This document shows, piece after piece, positions 27,357 through 36,357 of a DNA stretch of 57,526 nucleotides. The notes below the pieces were generated by a model. It worked only from the letters and a program-made list of their open reading frames with translations. It searched no databases and had not been told where the DNA came from. Location: the NCBI GenBank assembly GCA_964513515.1, contig CAZEMP010000002.1, positions 1 to 57,526 on the forward strand. Reading direction: 5' to 3'. The DNA is from an uncultured Candidatus Saccharibacteria bacterium. GTDB lineage: Bacteria > Patescibacteriota > Minisyncoccia > Phycocordibacterales > GWA1-40-21. The stretch's first letter is position 1; each line of letters starts with the position of its first letter. A program made the translations under genes and the position numbers.

Positions 27357-27878
27357 CTACTGGGCGAGTACGGCAGACGGGCAGTTGGCACCCAAGTTAT
27401 GGGAGAGAAACTTGAAGCCCAAGAACCACCAGCCATCGTGCCAGCCGTAGCTCCGGCTCCAACTTCTACCACTCCAATACAGACACAGGATGCCGCGGCG
27501 GTCGATCGGGTCCCGAAAAACCGTGCCGTCGAAGTAGATGTAGCGGATGTCACCGTTCACCTTCTTCTTCCACGATTCAGGGATGAGATGCTTATTCTCG
27601 ATGAGTGTCTGGACGATCCTGGCATCGAGGCGGGTGTGTCCCCTCTTCTTCAGGCGTTTCAGCCTCTCCTCACCCGTCACGAACGTCTCACCTTCCTTGA
27701 GCATCGTCTCGAAGCGGATCTTCGTCAGATCCACCTTAGTCAGTGTCATTGAGCGAGTATCAGTTTCGTCCTTCACGATCGTTAAGCCATCGTTGACAGA
27801 CTTCGGGTCGGAGGACTTCGTGCGGTCGATCTTGATCGTCTTCGGCTTGCCAATGATGACCTTGGTGATTTTCCCCAT
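27357..27878 (-). CDS. GC-rich hypothetical protein (173 aa from the SD-preceded Met)
   Basis: A sampled line is about 62% G+C against about 30% in the flanks. AAGGAG lies 8 nt upstream of the ATG at 27878, and a terminator follows. The C-terminus is Trp-rich (CLYWSGRSWSRSYGWHDGWWFLGFKF). No named family. Confidence 0.7.
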   Translation of the reverse strand: MGKITKVIIGKPKTIKIDRTKSSDPKSVNDGLTIVKDETDTRSMTLTKVDLTKIRFETMLKEGETFVTGEERLKRLKKRGHTRLDARIVQTLIENKHLIPESWKKKVNGDIRYIYFDGTVFRDPIDRRGILCLYWSGRSWSRSYGWHDGWWFLGFKFLSHNLGANCPSAVLAQ

Positions 27879-28343
27879 ATTAGTTTCTCCTTCCATCAAT
27901 TTACTTGACTACCGCCTATATTTAGTAGTCATAGCCAGAAGATCTCATTTTATAAGAGCTTTTGGCTATGACTACTCATGAATATGTCAAAGAACACTAT
28001 TCACACATCAATGAGTAGTTATTTTTTAATTATTTTTACCAATAATATCTGGCTTAAATTAAAAAATTCCTCGTTAGAGGAAAGATATAGATTGATTAGT
28101 CTTATCTTTCCATAATAATGCCTTTTGCATTATTTGGCTGGATTTAGCACCTACTTATTTCTAAGGGTTGCTGATGGGTCGTGGAGCCAGTTGCTCTCGC
28201 CATACTCTTGATACAACTATTAAGTTGTATGATCACGATATCATACCCAATAAATATGTCAAGTAGTTAAATGCCCTTATTTTAAGGCATACAATAGCGA
28301 ATTGACGGCTTTGTGGAGCAAAACCGTCTGCTATGTTTAATTT

Positions 28344-28374
28344 TGATACTTATACTAATACCTTATACTTATAC
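28344..28374 (-). repeat. copy 2 of the CTTATACTTATACT-type motif, immediately 3' of the tatD stop
   Basis: GATACTTATACTAATACCTTATACTTATACT; compare 13289-13316 and 38220-38247. Confidence 0.7.
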
Positions 28375-28377
28375 TCT

Positions 28378-29151
28378 TTATTGTATACCAAACACCCTTT
28401 TTGCATTATCTAAAAGCTGTATCCTTACACTTTCAAAATCTTCACCGCGTATTTCTGCAATCCTTTTTATCGTTTCAACAACATAAGCTGGCTCATTCCT
28501 CTTTCCTCTATAGGGAATAGGTGCAACATATGGTGCATCTGTCTCTGCATGTAGCATATTTAAAGGAATATTTTTTACAACTTCGTCATATTGGTCCGCA
28601 AAAGTTATAACTCCTGTAAAAGAGACGGTAAAGCCTAGGTTATTAAATTTTCTTGCCCAATCAAGACTTCCGGCAAAAAAATGTATATTCCCTCTTACCT
28701 TACCTTCATATTTTTTTAATATATTATATGCATCATCGTAAGCATCTCTAATGTGGAGCATTAATGCTTTGTTATATTTTATAGCAAATTCAATTTGTTT
28801 TATAAACTCATTTTTCTGCCTGGCCTTTTCGACATCTATATCCCCAATCATTTTAAAATAATCGAGTCCACACTCACCTATTGCTACAACTTTTGGATTT
28901 TGTACCAAACCCTTAAAATCTTCCTCTCTAAAAACAAAATCTAATACATCGTGGGGATGTGCCCCGATACAAGCAAAAACATTTTCATTTTCACTGGCAA
29001 TTTTTACTGCTTCGATTGAGCTTACGAGATCTGTGCCTACTGTTATAGTGGCCATTTCAAGATCATTCATCCTTTTTAAAACATCTTTTTGATCTTTACC
29101 GTAATCAGCAAAGCTTATATGTGAATGTATGTCTATGTATTTAAATTTCAT
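28378..29151 (-). CDS. tatD: TatD-family metal-dependent hydrolase (DNase)
   Basis: IDIHSHI at the N-terminus, GECGLDY, HIRDA and ETDAPY motifs. Confidence 0.9.
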   Translation of the reverse strand: MKFKYIDIHSHISFADYGKDQKDVLKRMNDLEMATITVGTDLVSSIEAVKIASENENVFACIGAHPHDVLDFVFREEDFKGLVQNPKVVAIGECGLDYFKMIGDIDVEKARQKNEFIKQIEFAIKYNKALMLHIRDAYDDAYNILKKYEGKVRGNIHFFAGSLDWARKFNNLGFTVSFTGVITFADQYDEVVKNIPLNMLHAETDAPYVAPIPYRGKRNEPAYVVETIKRIAEIRGEDFESVRIQLLDNAKRVFGIQ

Positions 29152-29152
29152 A

Positions 29153-30607
29153 CTAATCTTTTCTTACAAACAATGGGGTTTCTGGTTTTTTATTTTCTTT
29201 AACTAATTTTTTAATCTTCTCTGAAGTCTCCGGTAATATTGGAGAAAGATAAAATGCAATTTCATATACACCCACAACTAATTCTTTTATTATTTCTTTA
29301 GCTTTTTCACTATCTGTCTTTATTAATTTAAATGGTTGTGTTGTTTGAATCTTCAAATCAAGTTCACTGATTTTTTTCCAAATAATATTTGTAGCCTCTT
29401 GTATATTGTATTTTTCTATAGCATTTTTAAATTCTAAAGATAAAGAGACCTCCCCGGTTTTTACAGCTTCTTTAATATTATTTTCAGACATAGTCATCAC
29501 TCTACTTACAAGATTCCCGAGTCCGTTAGCAAGATTTGCGTTATAAACATCCTTAAACATCTCTTTTGTAAAAGGAGAATCTTCAAAAGATGAGACTTCT
29601 CTTGCAAGATAGTATCTGACCGCATCTTTTCCATATTCTTCTATAAGCTCTATAGGGTCAACAACATTACCTAAACTTTTACTCATTTTTATTCCTCCAA
29701 GACCGGTTATAAAACCATTTATAATTATATTTTTTGAATTTGGTAAATTTGCAGCCATAAGCATTGCTTGCCACATAGCAGATTGTTGACGAAGATTGTC
29801 TTTTCCACAATACTGAACCACCCCTCCTGTCTCCACCTGCCAAGTATTAAATTTTTCTAAATCGTCTGGCCAACCAATGGCTGAAATATAATTCACCAAA
29901 GCATCAAACCAAACATACATTACCTGTGCATTATCTCCAGGTACCTCTATACCCCAAGGCATTTTAGATTTTAAACGTGAAATACTGAAATCCACTAATC
30001 CTCTCTTAACAAAAGCTTTTATCTCATTAAATCTAAAATCTGGAATTACAAAATCTGGATTATTTTCATAAAATTTCAATAAGTTGTCACTAAAAGCTGA
30101 AAATTTAAAAAAATAATTTTCTTCATCTATTAATTCTATTGCTAAATTTGGATGATCTGGACATTTACCGTCGACAAGCTCAGAATCTGACTTTTCAAGC
30201 TCACATCCAACACAATATTTTATTTTGTAGTTTTTCTTATAGATGAAACCGTTTTTATCACAGACTTTCCAAAACTCCTGTGCAGATTTTATATGGTGTG
30301 TATCTGTAGTTCTAATAAAGTTCACATCGTCAGATATACCCAACATCTTTAGAACATCCTTAAGTTTTTGGGCATATTCATCTACGTAGGATTTTGGGTC
30401 TCTACCTTCTTCTTGCGCCTTTTTATAAATTTTTACCCCATGTTCATCTGAACCTGTATTAAAAAATACATCAAAACCTTCCAGTTTCTTGTATCTGGCA
30501 ATAATATCAGCACGTGTAAATTCAAGAGCGTGGCCTATGTGAGCTTTTGTATTCACATATGGCAATGTGGTCGTGATATAAAATTTTTTTGATGATGAAC
30601 CAAGCAT
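29153..30607 (-). CDS. metG: methionine--tRNA ligase (minimal form)
   Basis: TTTLPYVNTKAHIGHALE (HIGH), a Cys-rich knuckle (YCVGCE..GKCPDH) and KMSKSLGN. Confidence 0.95.
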   Translation of the reverse strand: MLGSSSKKFYITTTLPYVNTKAHIGHALEFTRADIIARYKKLEGFDVFFNTGSDEHGVKIYKKAQEEGRDPKSYVDEYAQKLKDVLKMLGISDDVNFIRTTDTHHIKSAQEFWKVCDKNGFIYKKNYKIKYCVGCELEKSDSELVDGKCPDHPNLAIELIDEENYFFKFSAFSDNLLKFYENNPDFVIPDFRFNEIKAFVKRGLVDFSISRLKSKMPWGIEVPGDNAQVMYVWFDALVNYISAIGWPDDLEKFNTWQVETGGVVQYCGKDNLRQQSAMWQAMLMAANLPNSKNIIINGFITGLGGIKMSKSLGNVVDPIELIEEYGKDAVRYYLAREVSSFEDSPFTKEMFKDVYNANLANGLGNLVSRVMTMSENNIKEAVKTGEVSLSLEFKNAIEKYNIQEATNIIWKKISELDLKIQTTQPFKLIKTDSEKAKEIIKELVVGVYEIAFYLSPILPETSEKIKKLVKENKKPETPLFVRKD

Positions 30608-30639
30608 TCTAATATAGAATCTAAATTATGTTTTACAAA

Positions 30640-31791
30640 CTATTCTGATTTTTTAAGATGATGACTTTTTTTCTTTTCTATATCATCAACAAATTCCATA
30701 ACGGCAGATATCATAGGAACTGAAAGTACAATTCCCAAAAATCCTGCAAGGTCGTACCCGATAATAAGGGCAAGTATAACGACAACTGGAGAAACCCCAA
30801 CAACTTTTTTTACAACAAGTGGATATATAAGATGATTCTCAAATTGTTGTACGATAGTGTAAAGACCCAAAACAAGAACCGCTGAAGTAAAACCTCCTCC
30901 CACAAAAGCCATAAGTATTGCTGGTATAGAAGACAAAATTGGACCAAAAATAGGAATAATCTCCATAATACCACCAAGAACCGCCAAAAGTAGAGCGTTT
31001 TTTATACCAAGTATCATAAGACCTAGATACAAAAGCACAGCAACAATAACTCCCAATAATATTTGCCCTTGCATCCACTGACCAATCTTTATTTGAGATC
31101 TCTTCCATAAACCTATTACGTAATTTTCATGCTTTACGGGTGTAATCAATCGAAGAAAATTGGCAACTCCATCTTCCTGAACAAGAAAATAAAAAGATAA
31201 AACAATTATCAAAGCAAATGATAATAATCCTCCGAAAATAACACTTATCATTTCCACAAAACCACCAGAAACGTTTGAGGAAATCTGCTGAATACTTCTT
31301 ACTAAATCTCCCAATCCAAAATTCGTGCCGGAGACACTTGTTCTTATTTGATTTTGAGCAGTAGAAACCAATTCATTTGGATTATTTACTCCCTCTGATA
31401 AAGTCCTGACTAATTTTTGAGAAGTTGAAAGATCTTGGCTATTTATATTTAGAGGATTCCAAAGTGGTGTGGTTTCCAAATATTTTGGTAATTCTGTAAG
31501 AAAAGATGCTGCTTCATCCAAAACTGCCGGAACGAAGAAAAACATAAGTCCTGTAAAAATACCGATTATTACGATATAAGAAACGATTGAGGCAAAAAGT
31601 CGGTTTATTTTATACCTCGCAAACCACATTATTAGCGGTTCCATTCCAGAGGCTATTACTACGGCCACGAGAACTACTAAAGCTACATCTTTTATAAGAT
31701 ACAAAAACCAAATAAGCAAAATAACACCAATTGCCTTAAAAATTGATCCAGCTGTAATGCTTATATTTATTGTTTTGTCTTCATTTTCCAT
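30640..31791 (-). CDS. AI-2E (PerM/UPF0118) family transporter
   Basis: A multi-pass membrane protein with the typical C-terminal ..GLMILGIKNALLLAVLGGIMEIIPIFGP.. region. The start is set at Met30 (31791) to avoid overlap with the upstream gene. Confidence 0.8.
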   Translation of the reverse strand: MENEDKTINISITAGSIFKAIGVILLIWFLYLIKDVALVVLVAVVIASGMEPLIMWFARYKINRLFASIVSYIVIIGIFTGLMFFFVPAVLDEAASFLTELPKYLETTPLWNPLNINSQDLSTSQKLVRTLSEGVNNPNELVSTAQNQIRTSVSGTNFGLGDLVRSIQQISSNVSGGFVEMISVIFGGLLSFALIIVLSFYFLVQEDGVANFLRLITPVKHENYVIGLWKRSQIKIGQWMQGQILLGVIVAVLLYLGLMILGIKNALLLAVLGGIMEIIPIFGPILSSIPAILMAFVGGGFTSAVLVLGLYTIVQQFENHLIYPLVVKKVVGVSPVVVILALIIGYDLAGFLGIVLSVPMISAVMEFVDDIEKKKSHHLKKSE

Positions 31792-31843
31792 AAAATAAAT
31801 ATTAGCACTTAATACCTGAATCCACAAACTCTGCTCAAACGAT

Positions 31844-33640
31844 CTAATTTTCAAGTTCTCTCCAACCAAAAATATCAAAACTGCCAGATGGACCGGAAGA
31901 AAAATTAGTATTAGCTATTCCACTTTCATATCTCAAAACAGTGCTTCCGGACATTGTTATTTTGTTTGCTGTAGCTTCATTTGCCTCTGCGTTTCCAGAA
32001 AAATTAATGGTACCTTTTTGTGCATTTAATATTACTGCCCCACCTGATCCAGCCATACTTATTGCAGGATTATCATCACAATCACCAACAGGACATGTAC
32101 TATTGCTAATAATCATAATGTAGCTACCATTTTGACCAGATCCTGTTACCTCTGTACTGCCTCCAATAAATACTGTTCCATCAACAATAATTATTCCACT
32201 ATTTGTTCCATATGATGACGCTAACTTTAATATGCCTGAGCCGCCAATTTCTAAATCACCCGTAATATAAATAGTTCCATTAACAGTAAGAACAGCGCTT
32301 CCGCTAATTTCTAAATCTCCTACAATCTTTTTTGGCCCAATTGATGCGTTTGATGATCCTCCTAATTGATATCCGCCATTAATAGTGCCGCCTGCAATTG
32401 CCTCGTCTTTCCATTCAACAATATTTGCATCTGAAATGGGATATGTTGAAGGTGTTGGGTCAGAAAATGAACTGTCGCAAGATTTATTATTGGAAATTTC
32501 ATTCTGACATCGGATAGAACCCGCTGTTTCAACATACGATACATCGTGAGCCCAGATTATATCCTCAGTAGAACTTCCTATGTTTATCCTATTAGTTTCA
32601 TCTTCACCACTTATTTTTGAAAAAAAACCTCCTAAATAAACCTTAAAATATGTGTCATATCCCGTACTTGTCCAAGCACCATTCCAAACACCAATCTGAG
32701 AAGTTCCAGGTGTATAATTTGTATCTAAATTTCCCCCTATAATATATTTATTGTTTACATTACCTGTTGATCCATCGAGGACAATCCAATATGTTGTGAC
32801 TGGATTGAGGCTAACATTAGGTGAAAGTGATACATCTATCCAACCATAATTTGGTGTAACTAAAGAAGAATTCAATATGCCAGTTGAGACTATATCTAAA
32901 GAATTAGAACTCGGTGCACCATTATTATCTCTTACTATTTTTATATTTATACTTGATGGGCTTCCAATCTTTTTTATATAAAGAGATATTTGTGTTAATG
33001 GTGAAGAAGATGAGACTTGGATACTTTGAGAAATATCCTGTGTAGAAGCGGTATCTCCAAAAGTTAGAGAATTTGATGGTGATGATGGTGTCTCATTTGA
33101 TTGGTTTTTAATAACAGAGCCATTTGAAGCAATTGCTGAACCAGTAATATAACAACTAGAACATCCTATAATATCTCCGTTAGAAAAAACATTTCCTATA
33201 ATTCCAGACGTCCCAGACATCGTAAATCCCCCATTACCAGCCTGTAAGCCATATATAAAAGATGCCCCACTACCCTTTTTAATTCTTGTTTCAATTTTTT
33301 TATTATAACCATCTTGATTTGATAAGGCCGTTACTGTCAAACCGTCTATACTTGAAAGTGATCCAGAAAAAGTAGTGGTGGCGGTATATCCATTAACAGA
33401 TAAATATTCTGTCGGGCCAATATATTGATTATATACTGAATCTTTTAGTCTAAAAATAATATCCTCTATCGATGCTTCTGAAAGATAGTAACTTTGCTTG
33501 GCCCCCCATATGTCCCTTGATAAAAAAATCTGATTAACAATAGGTGTGGCTAGTCCAAAAATTATTACAACGGAAACCATCATAAAAATGACGGTAGTTA
33601 AAAGCATTACATATCCTTTTTTGTAGTGTATTAGAATCAT
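31844..33640 (-). CDS. PilX-N-like pilus-associated giant protein
   Basis: The N-terminus KKGYVMLLTTVIFMMVSVVIIFGLATP is prepilin-like but lacks Glu+5. It is followed by Gly/Ser-rich beta-helix-like repeats (..GSAVLTVNGTIYITGDLEIGGSG..). Last gene of the pilus block. Confidence 0.6.
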   Translation of the reverse strand: MILIHYKKGYVMLLTTVIFMMVSVVIIFGLATPIVNQIFLSRDIWGAKQSYYLSEASIEDIIFRLKDSVYNQYIGPTEYLSVNGYTATTTFSGSLSSIDGLTVTALSNQDGYNKKIETRIKKGSGASFIYGLQAGNGGFTMSGTSGIIGNVFSNGDIIGCSSCYITGSAIASNGSVIKNQSNETPSSPSNSLTFGDTASTQDISQSIQVSSSSPLTQISLYIKKIGSPSSINIKIVRDNNGAPSSNSLDIVSTGILNSSLVTPNYGWIDVSLSPNVSLNPVTTYWIVLDGSTGNVNNKYIIGGNLDTNYTPGTSQIGVWNGAWTSTGYDTYFKVYLGGFFSKISGEDETNRINIGSSTEDIIWAHDVSYVETAGSIRCQNEISNNKSCDSSFSDPTPSTYPISDANIVEWKDEAIAGGTINGGYQLGGSSNASIGPKKIVGDLEISGSAVLTVNGTIYITGDLEIGGSGILKLASSYGTNSGIIIVDGTVFIGGSTEVTGSGQNGSYIMIISNSTCPVGDCDDNPAISMAGSGGAVILNAQKGTINFSGNAEANEATANKITMSGSTVLRYESGIANTNFSSGPSGSFDIFGWRELEN

Positions 33641-33641
33641 T

Positions 33642-34148
33642 TTAATAAGAACCTCTTAATATTGCCGTGCCATAAAACCATTCGCTTTTATATATATCAT
33701 TGACATTTGTCTCTAACTCCATTTCTATCCTCACCGCAAAAGATTTACCCGTGTTAATTTTAGTAAAAATTAAATTCTTAACAAAAACACCCTTAGAAGT
33801 TAGTGGTCCAACTATGTTTGGCACATCAGATCCCTCATAAAAATCAATAGTACCTTCTGATGAAGTAGAAAATCTTACCACACGAGTTAGATTGTCTTGT
33901 TTCATCTCAAGAATGCCCATTGATGCTTGTTCCACGGTCTCTGATGATCGTATCTCCCTTAGAATCCCCTCCATTGCAGTGTATCCAGAATTTCTAATAT
34001 TAATATCTGCAAAGGAACTTCGATTTGATTTTAATACTACAGTTATTGACTGAACTATAACAAGAATAATTATAGTCATTAATGCCACATACATAAGCAT
34101 CTCTATAAGTGTGAACCCTGTTTTTTTGTTTTTATTATTCGTATTCAT
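33642..34148 (-). CDS. prepilin-type N-terminal cleavage/methylation domain protein (minor pilin)
   Basis: KKTG/FTLIEMLMYVALMTIIILVIV class III signal with Glu+5. Confidence 0.8.
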   Translation of the reverse strand: MNTNNKNKKTGFTLIEMLMYVALMTIIILVIVQSITVVLKSNRSSFADINIRNSGYTAMEGILREIRSSETVEQASMGILEMKQDNLTRVVRFSTSSEGTIDFYEGSDVPNIVGPLTSKGVFVKNLIFTKINTGKSFAVRIEMELETNVNDIYKSEWFYGTAILRGSY

Positions 34149-34179
34149 TATTTTTTATTCATATACTTCCATTATATTT

Positions 34180-34677
34180 TTATATATTTGCTATATATGT
34201 AGACAAACTCTTGTTTGTTGTTGAATTCTTTAATAAATAAGAAACTGATACTGTAACTTTTTTAGTATATGGATCTAAGAAGCCACTATCAGTAATTCTT
34301 CCACTAGAATCTCTATAAACCGGCTCTAAGTTAAAAGTTCTTACATAAATAGAGTCAATATATGAAAAAGTAGATGTTGCATACCAAGTGTTGTTGGTTG
34401 ATGAGGACGTATCAAAATAAAAATAGTAATCTGTATTCTCGCTTAGGGTTGAAATATAATTCCACCCCGTATCTCTTATTATTTTTACCGCCTCTATACC
34501 CTCTTGTGCAATATAAGCGGCTTTCGTTGATTTTAAACTGTCAAAAGCAGTAGAAATATACATACCGCTTACTGTAATCAAAGATCCTAATATTACTGTA
34601 AATATAAAAATAGCGATTAGTATTTCTACTAAGCCAGAACCTTTTTTAAAACTGATCTTTCTAATATTTATTTTCAT
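34180..34677 (-). CDS. prepilin-like protein (minor pilin, PilV-like)
   Basis: KKG/SGLVEILIAIFIFTVILGSL signal with Glu+5. Confidence 0.7.
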   Translation of the reverse strand: MKINIRKISFKKGSGLVEILIAIFIFTVILGSLITVSGMYISTAFDSLKSTKAAYIAQEGIEAVKIIRDTGWNYISTLSENTDYYFYFDTSSSTNNTWYATSTFSYIDSIYVRTFNLEPVYRDSSGRITDSGFLDPYTKKVTVSVSYLLKNSTTNKSLSTYIANI

Positions 34678-34683
34678 TATGCT

Positions 34684-35139
34684 TTAGTTTTTTTCTATGA
34701 CCCCTGTTGGATATACACGTATTACTGCATTTTTTGATAAATCAGATAAAACAGAAACGATTATTGTGCCACTGGCACTAGTACTTCCAGACACATTATT
34801 GAAAATGATATCTTCTCCTATACCTGTAGAAGTGCCTATAGTGACAAGATTTGAAACAGTAAACTCTCTATTTGAGTTTCCGTAATTATTTTTAAAAGAG
34901 ACCAGTCTATCATTAAAAATTCTTACTCCATAATTTGATGCATCTTTTGAAGAAACCGCCATAGATCTTGCTTCACTTAAAACAGACATTGTTGAAATGA
35001 TCGTTGTGTCTAAAGCTTCACTTCCTCCAACTGTACTAAATGATGAAACAGCCATTGAAACTAGTATTGTTGTTATTGCCAAAACTATTAGTACTTCTGT
35101 CAGGGTAAACCCTTTTTTTAAATACACTGCTATATTCAT
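34684..35139 (-). CDS. prepilin-type protein (FimT/GspH-like minor pilin)
   Basis: KKG/FTLTEVLIVLAITTILVSMAV signal. Confidence 0.8.
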   Translation of the reverse strand: MNIAVYLKKGFTLTEVLIVLAITTILVSMAVSSFSTVGGSEALDTTIISTMSVLSEARSMAVSSKDASNYGVRIFNDRLVSFKNNYGNSNREFTVSNLVTIGTSTGIGEDIIFNNVSGSTSASGTIIVSVLSDLSKNAVIRVYPTGVIEKN

Positions 35140-35150
35140 AATATGACTAA

Positions 35151-36356
35151 TTATATTGAATCAACTAAAGAGTACATAGGTTTTATTATTGCAAGTGCAA
35201 AAAATCCTACAGCAATACCTATAAACACCATAAGTACGGGTTCGATTATTGTAGAAATGTTTTTCGTTTTTTGATCAACAGATTCTTCATAAAAAAGGGC
35301 AACTTCCATAAGCATTTCTGGAAGCTTGCCTGTCTCTTCGCCCACTACCATCATTTCAGCAACAAAAACAGGGCACAAACTTGTATTTTCCATAAAGACA
35401 CTTGAAATAGCACCTCCTTTTTCTACAGCAACTTTAGCCGTGTTTAAAACATCTTTAAAATATTCGTTTTGTACAACATGTCTGGTAATAGATATAGATT
35501 CTGTGTAAGAAACCCCGGAAGATAATAGGGAAGAAATTGTTCTTGTGAGTCTGGCAGAATTAGTTTCTCTAACAAGCTCGCCGATAACTGGAAGTTTTAA
35601 AATTAAAAAATCAAACATTCTTTTTCCCGGTTTAGAAAGTAAATATAAATAAAAAATAATAAATACAAATATTAAAATAAGTAAATATAATAAAATATTA
35701 TTTTTTAAAAGGTCGCTCACATTTATCAGCAGCTTCGTTAGGAAAGGTAATTCCAGTTTCAACCCCTTAAAAGTCGCTGTAATACTAGGAACAACATATA
35801 TAAGCATGAGTACTCCTATAAAAATCATCACTGAAAAAATAACTCCTGGATATATCATTGCGCCTTTAACTTTTTGTTTAAGTTTATATGTTCCGTCCAT
35901 CTGGTTTGAAATAATCTGCAGAGATTCTGAAAGTTTACCAGACTCCTCACCCGCTCTGACCATAGATACAAATAGCTCTGAGAAAATCTTTGGATATTGA
36001 GAAGTCGCACCACTAAATGAATTGCCTTTATTTATTTCTGATTCTAATGACTCTATAACTTTCTGAAAATTCTTATTAGAAATTTGTTTCTTTAAAATAT
36101 TTAATGCCTTAGCTAGTGACAATCCTGCTTTTATCATCAATCCTAGATTTCTAGCAAATATTATCTTCTGATGTTCTGGAACAGTGCCAACAAAAGGAAT
36201 ATTAATCTCAAATTTTGGTTTTGTTATTTCGTATGCAGATATTAATGTGTCCCCTTCCGCTTTAAGTTCCTCATATAAGGAAAATTTGTCTCTGGATTCC
36301 CTTGTTCCATCATATTTATTACCATTATTTTTTATAGCCTTAAATTTAAATTTCAT
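35151..36356 (-). CDS. pilC: type IV pilus / T2SS platform protein (GspF/PilC family)
   Basis: 401 aa with two T2SSF repeats and three TM segments (..ESGKLSESL.. and ..ETGKLPEML..). Confidence 0.9.
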   Translation of the reverse strand: MKFKFKAIKNNGNKYDGTRESRDKFSLYEELKAEGDTLISAYEITKPKFEINIPFVGTVPEHQKIIFARNLGLMIKAGLSLAKALNILKKQISNKNFQKVIESLESEINKGNSFSGATSQYPKIFSELFVSMVRAGEESGKLSESLQIISNQMDGTYKLKQKVKGAMIYPGVIFSVMIFIGVLMLIYVVPSITATFKGLKLELPFLTKLLINVSDLLKNNILLYLLILIFVFIIFYLYLLSKPGKRMFDFLILKLPVIGELVRETNSARLTRTISSLLSSGVSYTESISITRHVVQNEYFKDVLNTAKVAVEKGGAISSVFMENTSLCPVFVAEMMVVGEETGKLPEMLMEVALFYEESVDQKTKNISTIIEPVLMVFIGIAVGFFALAIIKPMYSLVDSI

Positions 36357-36357
36357 A

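Noticed and set aside
27357-27480. The Trp/Ser/Gly/Arg-rich C-terminus of the GC-rich ORF as a diversity-generating retroelement variable region
   Set aside because: There is no reverse transcriptase and no template-repeat copy in the window. The codons are not of the NNC/AAC-derived type, and the segment does not fit the usual ..GGSW....A.R....P......GFR.. pattern. The whole gene is GC-rich, not just the tail.
27323-27981. Plus-strand and alternative ORFs over the first GC-rich patch (27342..27752, 27547..27981, 27323..27553)
   Set aside because: These are shadow frames of the minus-strand gene. Only the minus frame has an SD (AAGGAG) and a downstream terminator.
28070-28100. GAGGAAAG string as the RNase P RNA P4 motif
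   Set aside because: It is followed by ATATAG rather than UCC(G/A)GGC, and none of the other conserved RNase P elements are nearby.
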